Source: an uncultured Sulfurovum sp. (GTDB lineage Bacteria; Campylobacterota; Campylobacteria; Campylobacterales; Sulfurovaceae). From it: DNA of 42,325 bases. Below are positions 9,781 to 20,170 of the stretch, one piece after another. The first letter of the stretch is position 1. Each line of letters opens with the position of its first letter. The position numbers and the translations under genes were made by a program. Under the pieces are notes generated by a model, which was given only the letters and a program-made list of their open reading frames with translations, was not told the origin of the DNA and made no database searches. The stretch spans positions 1-42,325 of the forward strand of contig CAYVNI010000286.1 in NCBI GenBank assembly GCA_964452815.1. The letters are read 5' to 3'.

Positions 9781-11226
9781 ATGAGAAAGTATGATGTTTT
9801 GATAATTGGTGCAGGTATAGCAGGGCTTTATGCTGCGATGAATATTCCAAAAGAGAAAAAGGTTTTAGTGGTCTGTAAAGATATTCCATGGGAGTGTAAC
9901 ACCTTTTATGCACAAGGGGGAATTGTGACAGCATTAAATGAAGCTGATATCCCCTCTCACGTAGAGGATACGATGTCCGCAGGGGCATTTCACAATGACA
10001 GAGAAGCTGTGGAGATTATGAGTCGAACCTCTATCGCTACGACCAAAGATATCATAGACAGAGGAATGGAGTTTGACAGTGATGAGGAGGGGAATATTCT
10101 CCATACTAAAGAGGCGGCTCACTCGGCTGAAAGAATTATCCACGCAGGAGGAGATGCCACAGGGCGATATATGCACTACTTTATGATGCTAGAGAACAAG
10201 CATCAACTCCAACGAAACACACTGGTGTATGATTTACTGATAGAAAATGGTCGCTGTTATGGGGTCAATGCTTTGGTAAACTATCGACAGGAAACGATTA
10301 TCGCGGATGATGTGATTATCGCTTCGGGTGGGGTAGGGTCACTCTATGAATTTAATACCAATTCACGAACAGTTTCAGCTGATATTCATGGTATCTGTGT
10401 GGAAAAAGGGATAGAGTTGGCCGACATGGAGATGATGCAGTTTCACCCAACGGTCTTTGTCAAGACCCCTTTTGCTCGAAAACTGTTACTAACTGAAGCA
10501 CTAAGAGGAGAGGGGGCGTGGGTGGTTGCTGAAGATGGCAGACGTTTTTTGTTTGATTATGATGAGCGAGGGGAGTTGGCAAGTCGTGATATCGTAAGCC
10601 GTGCCATCTTTGACCACAAACGAAAAACAGGCGAAGAGGTCTATTTGGATTTTTCTATGTTTGAAGAGAAGTGGTTTGCCAAGCGTTTTCCTAATATTAC
10701 ACGAAGTTTTGAGGCGATTGGCTACCAGTTTCCAAAAGACCGAGTGCCTATCTCTCCTGCTTTTCACTACGCAGTTGGTGGGATAAAGTGTGATACTGAT
10801 GGGTGTGTTGAGGGGATAGAGGGGCTTTATGTGATAGGTGAAGCGTCATCGACAGGCGTACATGGAGCCAATCGTTTGGCATCTAACTCTCTACTTGAAG
10901 GGGTGGTGTTCGCCAAACGGGCTGTTGACCATCTTTTAGGAAAAGCATCTGTAGAGATAGTAGTGCCGAAATTTGATAAAGAGTATAAAAATATTGTTCA
11001 CCATGAAAAAGATACCATCTATAAACATCGCCTACGAAAAATTATGTGGGATGATATGGGTGTTATCCGTACCAAAAAAGGTCTACTTAAAGCCAAAAAT
11101 GCCATTTTTGATATGAAAAACCGTGACATAGGACGGCTTTTAGAGCTTCGACTCAATACAGCATCTGCTATTGTTGAAGCGGCATTAAAGAGAAAAGAGA
11201 GCTTAGGGACACACTATATAGAGTAA
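9781..11226 (+). CDS. nadB: L-aspartate oxidase
   Basis: GAGIAG FAD site, AQGGI, EAAHS..RIIHAGGDATG, QFHPT, LLTEALRGEG, ELASRDIVSR, GVHGANRLASNSLLE. Confidence 0.93.
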   Translation: MRKYDVLIIGAGIAGLYAAMNIPKEKKVLVVCKDIPWECNTFYAQGGIVTALNEADIPSHVEDTMSAGAFHNDREAVEIMSRTSIATTKDIIDRGMEFDSDEEGNILHTKEAAHSAERIIHAGGDATGRYMHYFMMLENKHQLQRNTLVYDLLIENGRCYGVNALVNYRQETIIADDVIIASGGVGSLYEFNTNSRTVSADIHGICVEKGIELADMEMMQFHPTVFVKTPFARKLLLTEALRGEGAWVVAEDGRRFLFDYDERGELASRDIVSRAIFDHKRKTGEEVYLDFSMFEEKWFAKRFPNITRSFEAIGYQFPKDRVPISPAFHYAVGGIKCDTDGCVEGIEGLYVIGEASSTGVHGANRLASNSLLEGVVFAKRAVDHLLGKASVEIVVPKFDKEYKNIVHHEKDTIYKHRLRKIMWDDMGVIRTKKGLLKAKNAIFDMKNRDIGRLLELRLNTASAIVEAALKRKESLGTHYIE

Positions 11227-11363
11227 TAAAAATAAAGTAATAAAGAGAGGAGTTGTAAGAGTATGTACATGAGAATATACCGTAATTATATTGTTAATTG
11301 TTAATAGTACAAATCAAAAACACATTAAGTTTAAAAATAATAAATAGAAATAAAATTTAAGCT

Positions 11364-11398
11364 GTAAGTGTTACGAAATAGCTTACTTTCTCTCTTTT
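11364..11398 (+). terminator. Possible intrinsic terminator downstream of nadB
   Basis: GTAAG-TGTT/ACGA/AATA-g-CTTAC imperfect hairpin followed by TTTCTCTCTTTT. Confidence 0.35.
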
Positions 11399-11442
11399 AA
11401 AATCCTCCTCTTTTATCGTGCCAAAAATTATATTTTTTTAAC

Positions 11443-11448
11443 TATAAT
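11443..11448 (+). promoter_or_regulatory. Sigma70-type -10 element for nhaD
   Basis: TATAAT with AT-rich upstream DNA, ~55 nt before the GGAG-preceded ATG at 11503. Confidence 0.5.
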
Positions 11449-11502
11449 TAGAACAAATTAAAACTATTAGACCTTTTTGGGTCTTTATATTATGGAGTAC
11501 AA

Positions 11503-12822
11503 ATGCACGATTTACATTTAGCTACCACATGGGTAGGTTGGGTATCATTAGCAATCTTTATTATTGGATACTATTTTATCGCGACAGAGGATAAATATCG
11601 TATCAATAAAGCCAAACCAGCACTTTTAACAGGTACTGGTATCTTTATGCTTATTGGTGTATATTTTTCGATGAATGGCTTAGATGGACACCTTCTTGAA
11701 AAAGAGGTGGAGCATCTGATTGTGGAGATTTCAGGAATCTTCTTTTTCTTATTTGTGGCTATGACCTATATTGAAGCGATGATTGACCGTGGAGTGTTTA
11801 TGGTTTTACGTTACAACTTGGTTTCAAAAGGTTACAGTTACAGTAAGCTTTTTTGGATAACAGGTATTTTGGCATTTTTTATCTCCCCAATTGCCGATAA
11901 CTTAACCACGGCACTTATCTTATCAACGGTTCTTTTGACCATTGATAAAGATAACAGAGAGTTCTTGGTTCCAAGTGCTATAAACATTGTTGTTGCTGCC
12001 AATGCAGGTGGTGCATGGTCTCCATTTGGAGATATTACCACACTCATGGTATGGGTAGATGGTCGAGCTGAGTTTACTGAATTCTTATTTCTTTTCCCTG
12101 CAGCATTTTTAGGGTGGGGTGTCACCGCATTTCTTTTAAGCCGATTTATACCAGAGGGAACTCCTCCATTTAGTAGTGATGAAAAACCAGCTAAAATTTT
12201 AGAGGGTGGTAAGGTGATTATGGGACTATTTGGTTTAACCATCTTCTTTGCCATTGTTTCACATCAAGCACTTCATCTTCCTGCTATGTGGGGAATGTTA
12301 TTTGGTTTATCAATTTTGAAACTCTATATCTATAAGATTAATGAGAGTGAGTCAGAGACACAGATTAATGTATTTACATGGATTGCAAAAGTAGAGAATG
12401 ATACACTTCTCTTCTTCTTTGGTATTTTGGCAGCTGTTGGTGGGCTTCACTTCCTTGGATTCCTAGAGTACTTTACCGCACTCTATGATACCTTTGGGGC
12501 AACAGCTGTAAATATCGCTGTTGGTTTTCTCTCTGCCATAGTAGATAACGTGCCTGTTATGTCAGCGGTACTAAAAGCCAATCCAAACATGGGAACAGAC
12601 CCGATGGTCATTCAAGAGCAGTGGATGCTTGTCACCATGACGGCAGGTGTTGGTGGATCACTTATTTCATTTGGTTCAGCAGCAGGTGTTGGAGTAATGG
12701 GTAAAATGCACGGTATCTATACCTTTGCATCACACATGAAATTGGCGTGGACAGTACTTATTGGATATATTATTTCTGTGATTGTTTGGTATATACAGTT
12801 TAATATTCTACATATCGGTTAA
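11503..12822 (+). CDS. nhaD: Na+/H+ antiporter, NhaD family
   Basis: INKAKPAL, FFISPIADNLTTAL, AANAGGAWSPFGDITT, SAIVDNVP, GGSLISFGSAAGV. Confidence 0.9.
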   Translation: MHDLHLATTWVGWVSLAIFIIGYYFIATEDKYRINKAKPALLTGTGIFMLIGVYFSMNGLDGHLLEKEVEHLIVEISGIFFFLFVAMTYIEAMIDRGVFMVLRYNLVSKGYSYSKLFWITGILAFFISPIADNLTTALILSTVLLTIDKDNREFLVPSAINIVVAANAGGAWSPFGDITTLMVWVDGRAEFTEFLFLFPAAFLGWGVTAFLLSRFIPEGTPPFSSDEKPAKILEGGKVIMGLFGLTIFFAIVSHQALHLPAMWGMLFGLSILKLYIYKINESESETQINVFTWIAKVENDTLLFFFGILAAVGGLHFLGFLEYFTALYDTFGATAVNIAVGFLSAIVDNVPVMSAVLKANPNMGTDPMVIQEQWMLVTMTAGVGGSLISFGSAAGVGVMGKMHGIYTFASHMKLAWTVLIGYIISVIVWYIQFNILHIG

Positions 12823-12847
12823 ACTGTTTTCACTCAATTTATTTAAA

Positions 12848-12869
12848 TGGTGCGTTTAAAAACGCACCA
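12848..12869 (+). terminator. Hairpin after nhaD (probable terminator or stabilising stem)
   Basis: TGGTGCGTTT-AA-AAACGCACCA perfect inverted repeat; no clear U-tract. Confidence 0.5.
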
Positions 12870-12898
12870 CTCATAACCCCCTCTCATAAAATATACAG

Positions 12899-12904
12899 TA
12901 TAAT
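12899..12904 (+). promoter_or_regulatory. -10 element for guaA
   Basis: TATAAT ~45 nt upstream of ATG 12948. Confidence 0.45.
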
Positions 12905-12947
12905 TCCAACAAATTTACATTAAAAAATAATCACAGGAATTACCCAT

Positions 12948-14483
12948 ATGAAACAAGTACCAATTCTAGTCCTCGACTTCGGTTCACAATACACACAACT
13001 CATTGCAAGAAAATTAAGAGAGTCAGGGGTTTACTGTGAAGTAGTGCCTTACAGAGAAAATATAGCCAACATCAAAGCCCGTAAACCACAAGGGATTATC
13101 CTCTCAGGAGGTCCTGCTTCTGTCTATGCAGAAGATGCTTATAAACCAAGTGAAGAACTTTGGTCTTTGGGGCTTCCTATTCTTGGAATCTGTTACGGTA
13201 TGCAGTTGATTACACAACGTTATGGTGGAGAGGTGGTAGCTGCTGACCATCATGAATATGGAAAGGCAAAACTAACACTCAAAGAGTCACCACTGTTTAA
13301 AGGCATGACCAACAATGAGACTGTATGGATGAGTCATGGAGACAGAGCAGAAAGAATTCCTGAAAATTTTGAGGTTATTGGAACATCAGAAAACTCTCCA
13401 TTTGCAGCCATTGGAAATGAGGAGATGAAAATCTATGCGTGTCAATTCCACCCAGAGGTTCATCATAGCGTAGAGGGGACAAAGCTACTTAAAAACTTTG
13501 CCAAATATATCTGTGGATGTGATAGTACGTGGAACATGGGTGGATTTGCAAAAGAAAAAATCAATGCAATCAAAGAGCAAGTGGGGAACAAAAAAGTTCT
13601 CTGTGGTGTAAGTGGTGGTGTTGACTCCTCTGTGGTTGCGGCGATGCTCAATGAAGCGTTACCAAAAGAGCAACTCATCTGTGTGTTTGTAGACCAAGGG
13701 TTGCTTCGTAAAAATGAGGTAGAAGATGTTCAAAATATGTTTAAGCTTTTGGAGATACCACTTATTACGGTTGATGCCAAAGTAGAGTTTATGAAAGCCT
13801 TGGAGGGAGTAAGTGACCCTGAAACCAAACGTAAAGTGATTGGAGAGAAGTTTATTGAGGTGTTTGATATAGAGGCTAAAAAGCATACCGATGTTGCCTT
13901 TTTGGCACAAGGGACACTTTATACGGATGTGATTGAATCGGTTTCGGTCAAAGGTCCTTCTAAAACCATCAAATCACACCATAATGTAGGAGGGCTTCCT
14001 GATTGGATGACATTTGAGCTGGTTGAACCTCTTCGAGAGATTTTTAAAGATGAGGTTCGTAAATTGGGGCTAGAGCTTGGGCTTCCAAAAGAGATGATAG
14101 GTCGTCACCCCTTTCCTGGACCTGGTCTTGCCATTCGAACCATGGGGGCAGTGACACAGGAGGGGCTTCACCTGATTCGTGAGTCAGATGCTATTATGCA
14201 AGAGGAGCTTAAAGCCACAGGCTATTATGATAAAGTTTGGCAAGCGTTTACCGTACTTTTAAATGTACAATCGGTGGGTGTTATGGGTGATAATCGTACT
14301 TATGACAACACCGTCTGTATAAGAATGGTAGAATCTGTTGATGGAATGACGGCAACCTTTGCACATATTCCACATGAGGTACTTGAAGGAATGAGTAGAA
14401 GAATTATTAATGAGATAGATGGTATAAATAGAGTAGTATATGATATCAGCTCAAAGCCACCTGCAACGATTGAGTGGGAGTAA
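12948..14483 (+). CDS. guaA: GMP synthase (glutamine-hydrolysing)
   Basis: [51 protein letters not shown]. Confidence 0.98.
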   Translation: MKQVPILVLDFGSQYTQLIARKLRESGVYCEVVPYRENIANIKARKPQGIILSGGPASVYAEDAYKPSEELWSLGLPILGICYGMQLITQRYGGEVVAADHHEYGKAKLTLKESPLFKGMTNNETVWMSHGDRAERIPENFEVIGTSENSPFAAIGNEEMKIYACQFHPEVHHSVEGTKLLKNFAKYICGCDSTWNMGGFAKEKINAIKEQVGNKKVLCGVSGGVDSSVVAAMLNEALPKEQLICVFVDQGLLRKNEVEDVQNMFKLLEIPLITVDAKVEFMKALEGVSDPETKRKVIGEKFIEVFDIEAKKHTDVAFLAQGTLYTDVIESVSVKGPSKTIKSHHNVGGLPDWMTFELVEPLREIFKDEVRKLGLELGLPKEMIGRHPFPGPGLAIRTMGAVTQEGLHLIRESDAIMQEELKATGYYDKVWQAFTVLLNVQSVGVMGDNRTYDNTVCIRMVESVDGMTATFAHIPHEVLEGMSRRIINEIDGINRVVYDISSKPPATIEWE

Positions 14484-14503
14484 AACTTTAAGGAGGAGAG
14501 ATA

Positions 14504-15058
14504 ATGTTACGAGAGATATTTTTAATAGGTTCTGTATCGACAACGGTATTATTTGGGATGGGGGGTCCTGTTCCCAACTATGACGAGAAGTTTAATCAGC
14601 ATATAAACGAGAGAATTAAAGAGAATATGGCGACAAATGAAACGATGCCTCTGCTAGAAGAAGAGGTTGTTCCTGTTGTAAAAGAAAAAGTAGAACAACG
14701 TTTCAGTAACACAACAAATATCAGACTCAAAAGTCTAGTTTTTCAAGAGGTAAATCATAGAAATATTCCTGTAAGAGAGGTAAAGTCTGGTTCAAAAGTT
14801 GTCTATATCAATATTGCAATAAATGATAGTTTAGATATTAAAAAAGATATTGTTATAAGAAACCCTATTCCTATGGGAACAGAGTATGTCCGAGGGTCGG
14901 CTACTTGTGATAACAGATGTATTATCTCATACTCTAGTAGTTTTGGAGATACTTTGAGTTCAAATGAGGATGGTGATGTTAACTATATTGAGTATCATTT
15001 TAAGCGTATGGATTCAGGAAAAGAGTACCGTATGGGATTTAGAGCGGTTATAAAATAA
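14504..15058 (+). CDS. Exported protein with a DUF11-like Ig-fold domain
   Basis: AGGAGG RBS; N-terminal signal-like stretch; VKSGSKVVY...N...VIRNPIPMGTEYVRGSA resembles the DUF11 repeat. Confidence 0.55.
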   Translation: MLREIFLIGSVSTTVLFGMGGPVPNYDEKFNQHINERIKENMATNETMPLLEEEVVPVVKEKVEQRFSNTTNIRLKSLVFQEVNHRNIPVREVKSGSKVVYINIAINDSLDIKKDIVIRNPIPMGTEYVRGSATCDNRCIISYSSSFGDTLSSNEDGDVNYIEYHFKRMDSGKEYRMGFRAVIK

Positions 15059-15074
15059 GAGGGGCTAAAGATAT

Positions 15075-16691
15075 ATGCACAGTATTTTATTGATATTTAT
15101 AGTAACTATCGCCATCTCTACGGTGATTAATGTTTTTTTGAAAAAGTTTGATATTCCTACGGTTATCGGCTATATTTTAACAGGTCTAGTGACCATGCAG
15201 ATATTTAGTTTTGGAGAGCATTCACAAGAGACGTTGGCACATCTTGCTGAGTTTGGAATTGTTTTTTTAATGTTTACCATAGGATTGGAGTTTTCTATTG
15301 GACATATGAAAGCGATGAAAAAAGAGGTTTTTGTCTATGGGGCATTGCAGGTCATTGTCTCAGGAATTATATTTACCGTTTTGGCAAACTCATTTTTCGG
15401 AATGGAGATAAAGAGTGCCATTGTGATCGGTTTTGCTCTTTCCCTCTCCTCTACCGCCATTGTTATTAAGGTCTTAACCGAAAAAGATGAAACACACTCA
15501 GGTTATGGACGTATCGCCGTGGGGGTTTTGATTTTTCAAGACCTAGCTGTAATTCCAATGCTTTTGATGATTTCTATCTTTACCTCTCATGACAGCTCCA
15601 TCTCTGAACTTCTACTTCATACACTATTTCACGCAGTATTGGTATTTTTTATTCTCTTTGTTGCGGGTAAATATTTTATTGAGCGATTCTTTGACTGGGT
15701 AACCTCATCAGATTCCGAAGAGATATTTTTGGTATCTGTAATGCTTATTGTGATAGGGGCATCGGTCATTGCTGACTCTTTTGGATTCTCTTATACTTTA
15801 GGGGCATTTTTAGCAGGTATGACCATTGCTGAAACCAAATACCGTTATCGTATAGAGGCTGACCTTGTCCCTTTTAGAGATATCCTTTTGGGTGTCTTCT
15901 TTGTCACCATCGGTATGCAGATTGATTTAAATATTGTAGTAGAGTACGGGTTTGTTATTTTAGGACTTTTGCTACTTATTATGCTTATCAAAGCGTTGGT
16001 TATTTTTGTGGTAATACAGTTTTTTACCATAAAAAGAACAGCCATTAAAAGCTCTTTGACCTTGATGCAGGTAGGAGAGTTTGCTTTGGCTATTTTTGCC
16101 TTGGCATACAGCAACAAGCTCATTTCATCTGATATTAACCAAGTGATGATTATGACGGTGGTTCTCTCTATGGTATTGACCCCATTTATCCTGAATAATC
16201 TCAAATATTTGGCCAATATACTCTTTAAAGAGCCAACCACCCTTCGTGAAAGAGCAATACAGTCAACAGGGTACAAAAATCATGTGATTATCTGTGGATA
16301 TGGTCCGTTAGGAAAGCTCTTAGCCAATAAGCTTAAAGAGAAAAATATACTCTATCTAATTTTGGAACATGATGTAAAAGTAGTTGACAAAGGGATAGCT
16401 TCTGGTGAAGAGTCGATATTTTTTGCCAATGCCGCCCAAAAAGGGGTCTTGGAACATTTCTGTATCAAAGACTCCTCTGCCATTATTGTTGCCATTGAAA
16501 ATGAGCATCAGCTACGGCTTATCTGTGAAAACTTAGATTCATTTGATGGCTATATTAACTCAGTGGTCAAGGTTAAAAACAGCTCAGAAGAGGAGATTAT
16601 TCGTAATTTAAATGTTAAACATATTATTAACAGTCGAGATACCATCTCCGATGTCTTGGTAGAACAAGCATTGGTCTGTCACTTAAGATAA
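15075..16691 (+). CDS. CPA2 cation:proton antiporter (KefB/KefC-like) with a TrkA-N domain
   Basis: LAEFGIVFLMFTIGLEFS, LSLSSTAIV, LIFQDLAV, LGAFLAG, QVGEFA; C-terminal HVIICGYGPLG. Confidence 0.9.
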   Translation: MHSILLIFIVTIAISTVINVFLKKFDIPTVIGYILTGLVTMQIFSFGEHSQETLAHLAEFGIVFLMFTIGLEFSIGHMKAMKKEVFVYGALQVIVSGIIFTVLANSFFGMEIKSAIVIGFALSLSSTAIVIKVLTEKDETHSGYGRIAVGVLIFQDLAVIPMLLMISIFTSHDSSISELLLHTLFHAVLVFFILFVAGKYFIERFFDWVTSSDSEEIFLVSVMLIVIGASVIADSFGFSYTLGAFLAGMTIAETKYRYRIEADLVPFRDILLGVFFVTIGMQIDLNIVVEYGFVILGLLLLIMLIKALVIFVVIQFFTIKRTAIKSSLTLMQVGEFALAIFALAYSNKLISSDINQVMIMTVVLSMVLTPFILNNLKYLANILFKEPTTLRERAIQSTGYKNHVIICGYGPLGKLLANKLKEKNILYLILEHDVKVVDKGIASGEESIFFANAAQKGVLEHFCIKDSSAIIVAIENEHQLRLICENLDSFDGYINSVVKVKNSSEEEIIRNLNVKHIINSRDTISDVLVEQALVCHLR

Positions 16692-16693
16692 AG

Positions 16694-17506
16694 CTAAAGA
16701 TTAAACTCTTTGGCTTTTTTTATATCTTTTTCTATGGCATTTCTCAGTACATCAAGCCCCTCAAACTTCTGATTTTCACGAATAAACGCGATAAATTCTA
16801 TCTCTATTTCTATCTTTCCTCTAATTACGCCAATATCTTTCTCTAAAATATGTGTTTCCACAGAAAATAACCCATCTGTAGTGACACGATGACCAAAAAA
16901 ACTCACACTAGGAAGCCAAATCTTATTAACAAGAGTTTTAGTAGCATAAACCCCCTCTTTAGGAAGTAGATAGTTTAATACTTTTAGGTTAAGTGTAGGT
17001 ACAAGCTCTTTTTTCCCAAGCCCTTGACCCCTAATAACTTCTCCTTTTATCTTGTAGTTACGATTAAGTAACTCATTTGCCAATCGTATCTCTCCATTTT
17101 TAATAAACTCTTTAATGGAGCGAGAGTGTACAGATACCTTTTTGTGTTTTACTTCTGCTACAATAATAACTTTTCCTAAAAACAGCTTTTGTAGAAGGGA
17201 AGTATCACCCTCTTTTTTATAGCCGAACCCAAAGTCATAGCCTACTACAATGGTTTCAAGTTTTGGAAAATCCTCTGATAACTTTTTGACAAACTCTTTG
17301 GCTGAGAGAGACATCACTTTGTCTAAATGGTAAAAAAAGCAGGGTTTATTGATATGCTCCACCCGTCTATACCCCGCAGTCATAATTGAACGGTTACGCT
17401 CTATAATGACAACAGCCTCAGCCTGTTCTATAAGTGCTTGATGCCCCAAATGAATACCGTCAAATGAGCCAATTGCGATTGATTTGATATTGTTGTTTAG
17501 TTTCAT
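16694..17506 (-). CDS. ribF: Bifunctional riboflavin kinase/FAD synthetase
   Basis: IGSFDGIHLGH, VVGYDFGFG, G.GLGKKELVPTLNL, VETHIL, FIRENQKF. Confidence 0.93.
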   Translation of the reverse strand: MKLNNNIKSIAIGSFDGIHLGHQALIEQAEAVVIIERNRSIMTAGYRRVEHINKPCFFYHLDKVMSLSAKEFVKKLSEDFPKLETIVVGYDFGFGYKKEGDTSLLQKLFLGKVIIVAEVKHKKVSVHSRSIKEFIKNGEIRLANELLNRNYKIKGEVIRGQGLGKKELVPTLNLKVLNYLLPKEGVYATKTLVNKIWLPSVSFFGHRVTTDGLFSVETHILEKDIGVIRGKIEIEIEFIAFIRENQKFEGLDVLRNAIEKDIKKAKEFNL

Positions 17507-17512
17507 TGTTTC

Positions 17513-18226
17513 CTAAGATGGTTTCCTAAAGTGATACACATATTCTATATTACCAGATTTACCTGCCAATTTTGAAAGCGTACTATAGCATAATTCCCAC
17601 CCCAATTCACTTGTTTTAAGCTCAAAATTCTCTATCGCCTCCTCTATCGCTTTCTCATCAACCACTACCCCACGGCTATCTCGTTTTACCCCCAGTCCCA
17701 CCTCAAATTGTGGTTTAAAAAGTAAAATCATATCACCACAACTTAGACGGTCAATATCCTCTATAATTTTGAGTATAGAGATAAACGAAACATCACAAGT
17801 AACCACCTCAAAAGGCTCTTGGCTCTGAAACTCTCGTATATCCATCTCTTCAAAAATCTCTACTTTTGGATTCTCTCGTAGAGAGTGATGAAGCTGATTT
17901 GACCCTACATCCACAGCAGTTACCGACTCTACCTCATTTTCAAGTAGTATTTGCACAAACCCCCCTGTAGATGAGCCAATATCCAAAGCCATTTTATCTC
18001 TTAAATTCATAGGATACTCTTCTAAAAATAGCTCTAATTTTTTGGAAGCACGGCTTACATAAAACTTCTCACTATCTATATCTATATTTGAGTTCTCATC
18101 ACATTTAGTAGAGGGTTTAGCTTGTTTGCCATCTACAAAGACTTTGCCTCTTTTTATAGCATCTATCGCTCTGTTTCGGCTCTCGAAGTGGTTGTTTTGG
18201 ACTAGGTATTTGTCAAGACGTTGCAT
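17513..18226 (-). CDS. tlyA: TlyA family rRNA 2'-O-methyltransferase
   Basis: S4 domain RLDKYL, YVSRA..KL, LDIGSSTGGF, DVSFIS, LFKPQFE, GNIEY. Confidence 0.95.
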   Translation of the reverse strand: MQRLDKYLVQNNHFESRNRAIDAIKRGKVFVDGKQAKPSTKCDENSNIDIDSEKFYVSRASKKLELFLEEYPMNLRDKMALDIGSSTGGFVQILLENEVESVTAVDVGSNQLHHSLRENPKVEIFEEMDIREFQSQEPFEVVTCDVSFISILKIIEDIDRLSCGDMILLFKPQFEVGLGVKRDSRGVVVDEKAIEEAIENFELKTSELGWELCYSTLSKLAGKSGNIEYVYHFRKPS

Positions 18227-18749
18227 CTGTTACCTTATATATATCACTATTATGTCTATCTACAGTTTCAACAAGAATATCAACGGAAAAAAGTTGCAAA
18301 GATTTTTTTAACTTCTTTAGTAAAATTTCATGAATAAGTGTTAGCTCATCCCTCTCTAAATCTCCTGTAATAAATAGAATAAACTTCTTATCCAAAGAGC
18401 CAATATCTTGGATTATAGTCTGAAACTCTTCAAATTTTTTAGAATCCATAATTTTCTCAATCTCTATAGGGTTAACCAAATGAATTACACCGTATGTATC
18501 AATGATATTTTTGCATAACTCTTTAAACATCTCATTCCAATCAGCTCTACCTGATGGAATTTTTCTCTTATCTTTTACCTCTATAAAATATATATTTTTA
18601 TCATTTTTAGCAAGAAAATCAATAGCACTACTACATTGACTAATTTTAGGATAAAAAGAGGTGAATTTTTTTTCTATTTTTTCAGTGCTATCATAGTTAA
18701 ATGCTTCTATTTGAAAATCAAACTCTGCTCCACTCTCTTTAACGGTCAT
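18213..18749 (-). CDS. Hypothetical protein with a PD-(D/E)XK-like nuclease motif
   Basis: AIDFLAKNDKNIYFIEVKD matches the D-x(n)-E-x-K nuclease signature; ATGA overlap with the upstream ATPase; overlaps the tlyA start. Confidence 0.6.
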   Translation of the reverse strand: MTVKESGAEFDFQIEAFNYDSTEKIEKKFTSFYPKISQCSSAIDFLAKNDKNIYFIEVKDKRKIPSGRADWNEMFKELCKNIIDTYGVIHLVNPIEIEKIMDSKKFEEFQTIIQDIGSLDKKFILFITGDLERDELTLIHEILLKKLKKSLQLFSVDILVETVDRHNSDIYKVTDATS

Positions 18750-20161
18750 TCTTTGCCTTTATGAAATAGTTTTGAACCCTCTAAATAGATATTTTCCATC
18801 TCATCAATAATTGCATTGTGTTCTATATCATATATATCTGTAGCTGTTTCACTATCTACTTGACCATCTTTTTTAAAAAGAGATATGAATTTTAGTTCTA
18901 TACTCTTTTTCTCTTTTTTTCGTATATCAAAATATTTAATCATAAAATAGTTATGAGTTGCGATAAAAATCTGTATACCTAAACTCTCTAAGAAGATTAA
19001 TAAATCAACTATATTTTTAATTAATTTTGGGTTTAAATTGGCTTCTGGTTCATCCCAAAATAGAATAGTATCCTTGTTTAATGCACCATTTTTTAGTAGA
19101 TAAGATATCGTCCCTATCTTTCGTAAACCTTCAGCCATCATAGAGCTTACAACCAACTCTTTATCTTTGAATCTTCTAAGATAAAATTCACCATTGAGTT
19201 GAATAATTTCTCCTTCAAGTATCTCTTCTAATTCTCTATTCTTTTCTTCAATCAAACTTTGGTTTTTTAGTAGAGGTAAGTCAAGTTCAAGGGCTAAATC
19301 ATTAGTAGTTTTATCAAATGCTATCTCTCTTTTGTTATAAGTTGCAATAAATCCTTTAAAATGAGACAGTATCTCCTTTGCAGGAATGAAAATTACCTCT
19401 TTTTTATAAAATTTTGGGGGAATATCTTCTATATTCACTTCATATTTAGAGCTTTTTGTAAAATTAAAATCTATATTATAGGCTGATAAATCTATTTTTA
19501 TAGAGCTTTTTTGTTCTCCAAATGATATTAATTTATTGATTGCCTTATCTGTTGGTCTAAATATCTCTTTTAGCTCATGAACAATAAACTCATTAAATCT
19601 ACCTTCACTATTATTTGTTGTAAGTATAGAGTAGAGTAGTTTTAAACTATGACTTTTACCTGTACTATTTTTTCCAATAAATACGTTTATACCTTTTGAA
19701 AAATTAAATTTATCTTTTTTAAACAGTGTAAAATTTTCTACTTCTAGTGATTTAATAACTATATTTTCTATACTGTCTATATGATAAAAAATTCTATTTA
19801 ACTCTTCTCTCTGCTCATCATTTTTTACATAAGCTAAAGAGCGTGTATTGAAAATTTTATAGTTGATATTTATAGGTTTTTCTAAAATTTTAATATTTTT
19901 AATTTGATATCCATAATCAAAACTTCTATCTTCAATCTCTTTAAAACCCCCTGTATACTGGGCTACAACCAATATATTACCTTCAAAAGTAAAATATAAA
20001 ATATCGTCTTTTTCAATTTGTCTAATTCGTTTAGAATAATAGAAGTAGTCATCTTGTTGTACTACTATTTTAGTAAAATAATAGACCACATCACCATTTT
20101 TATTAAAATCTTTATCTTTGTCAAAATTAATTCCCTTTTGTATCTTAACCAGTGCATCCAT
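18746..20161 (-). CDS. ABC/AAA (AAA_15/AAA_21-like) ATPase with an extra ~130-aa N-terminal domain
   Basis: IKSLEVENF...FSKGINVFIGKNSTGKS (Walker A), MAEGLRK (signature), ILFWDEPEANLNP (Walker B/D-loop), IATHN (H-loop); no TM segments. Confidence 0.85.
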   Translation of the reverse strand: MDALVKIQKGINFDKDKDFNKNGDVVYYFTKIVVQQDDYFYYSKRIRQIEKDDILYFTFEGNILVVAQYTGGFKEIEDRSFDYGYQIKNIKILEKPININYKIFNTRSLAYVKNDEQREELNRIFYHIDSIENIVIKSLEVENFTLFKKDKFNFSKGINVFIGKNSTGKSHSLKLLYSILTTNNSEGRFNEFIVHELKEIFRPTDKAINKLISFGEQKSSIKIDLSAYNIDFNFTKSSKYEVNIEDIPPKFYKKEVIFIPAKEILSHFKGFIATYNKREIAFDKTTNDLALELDLPLLKNQSLIEEKNRELEEILEGEIIQLNGEFYLRRFKDKELVVSSMMAEGLRKIGTISYLLKNGALNKDTILFWDEPEANLNPKLIKNIVDLLIFLESLGIQIFIATHNYFMIKYFDIRKKEKKSIELKFISLFKKDGQVDSETATDIYDIEHNAIIDEMENIYLEGSKLFHKGKE

Positions 20162-20170
20162 CTTCGTCCT

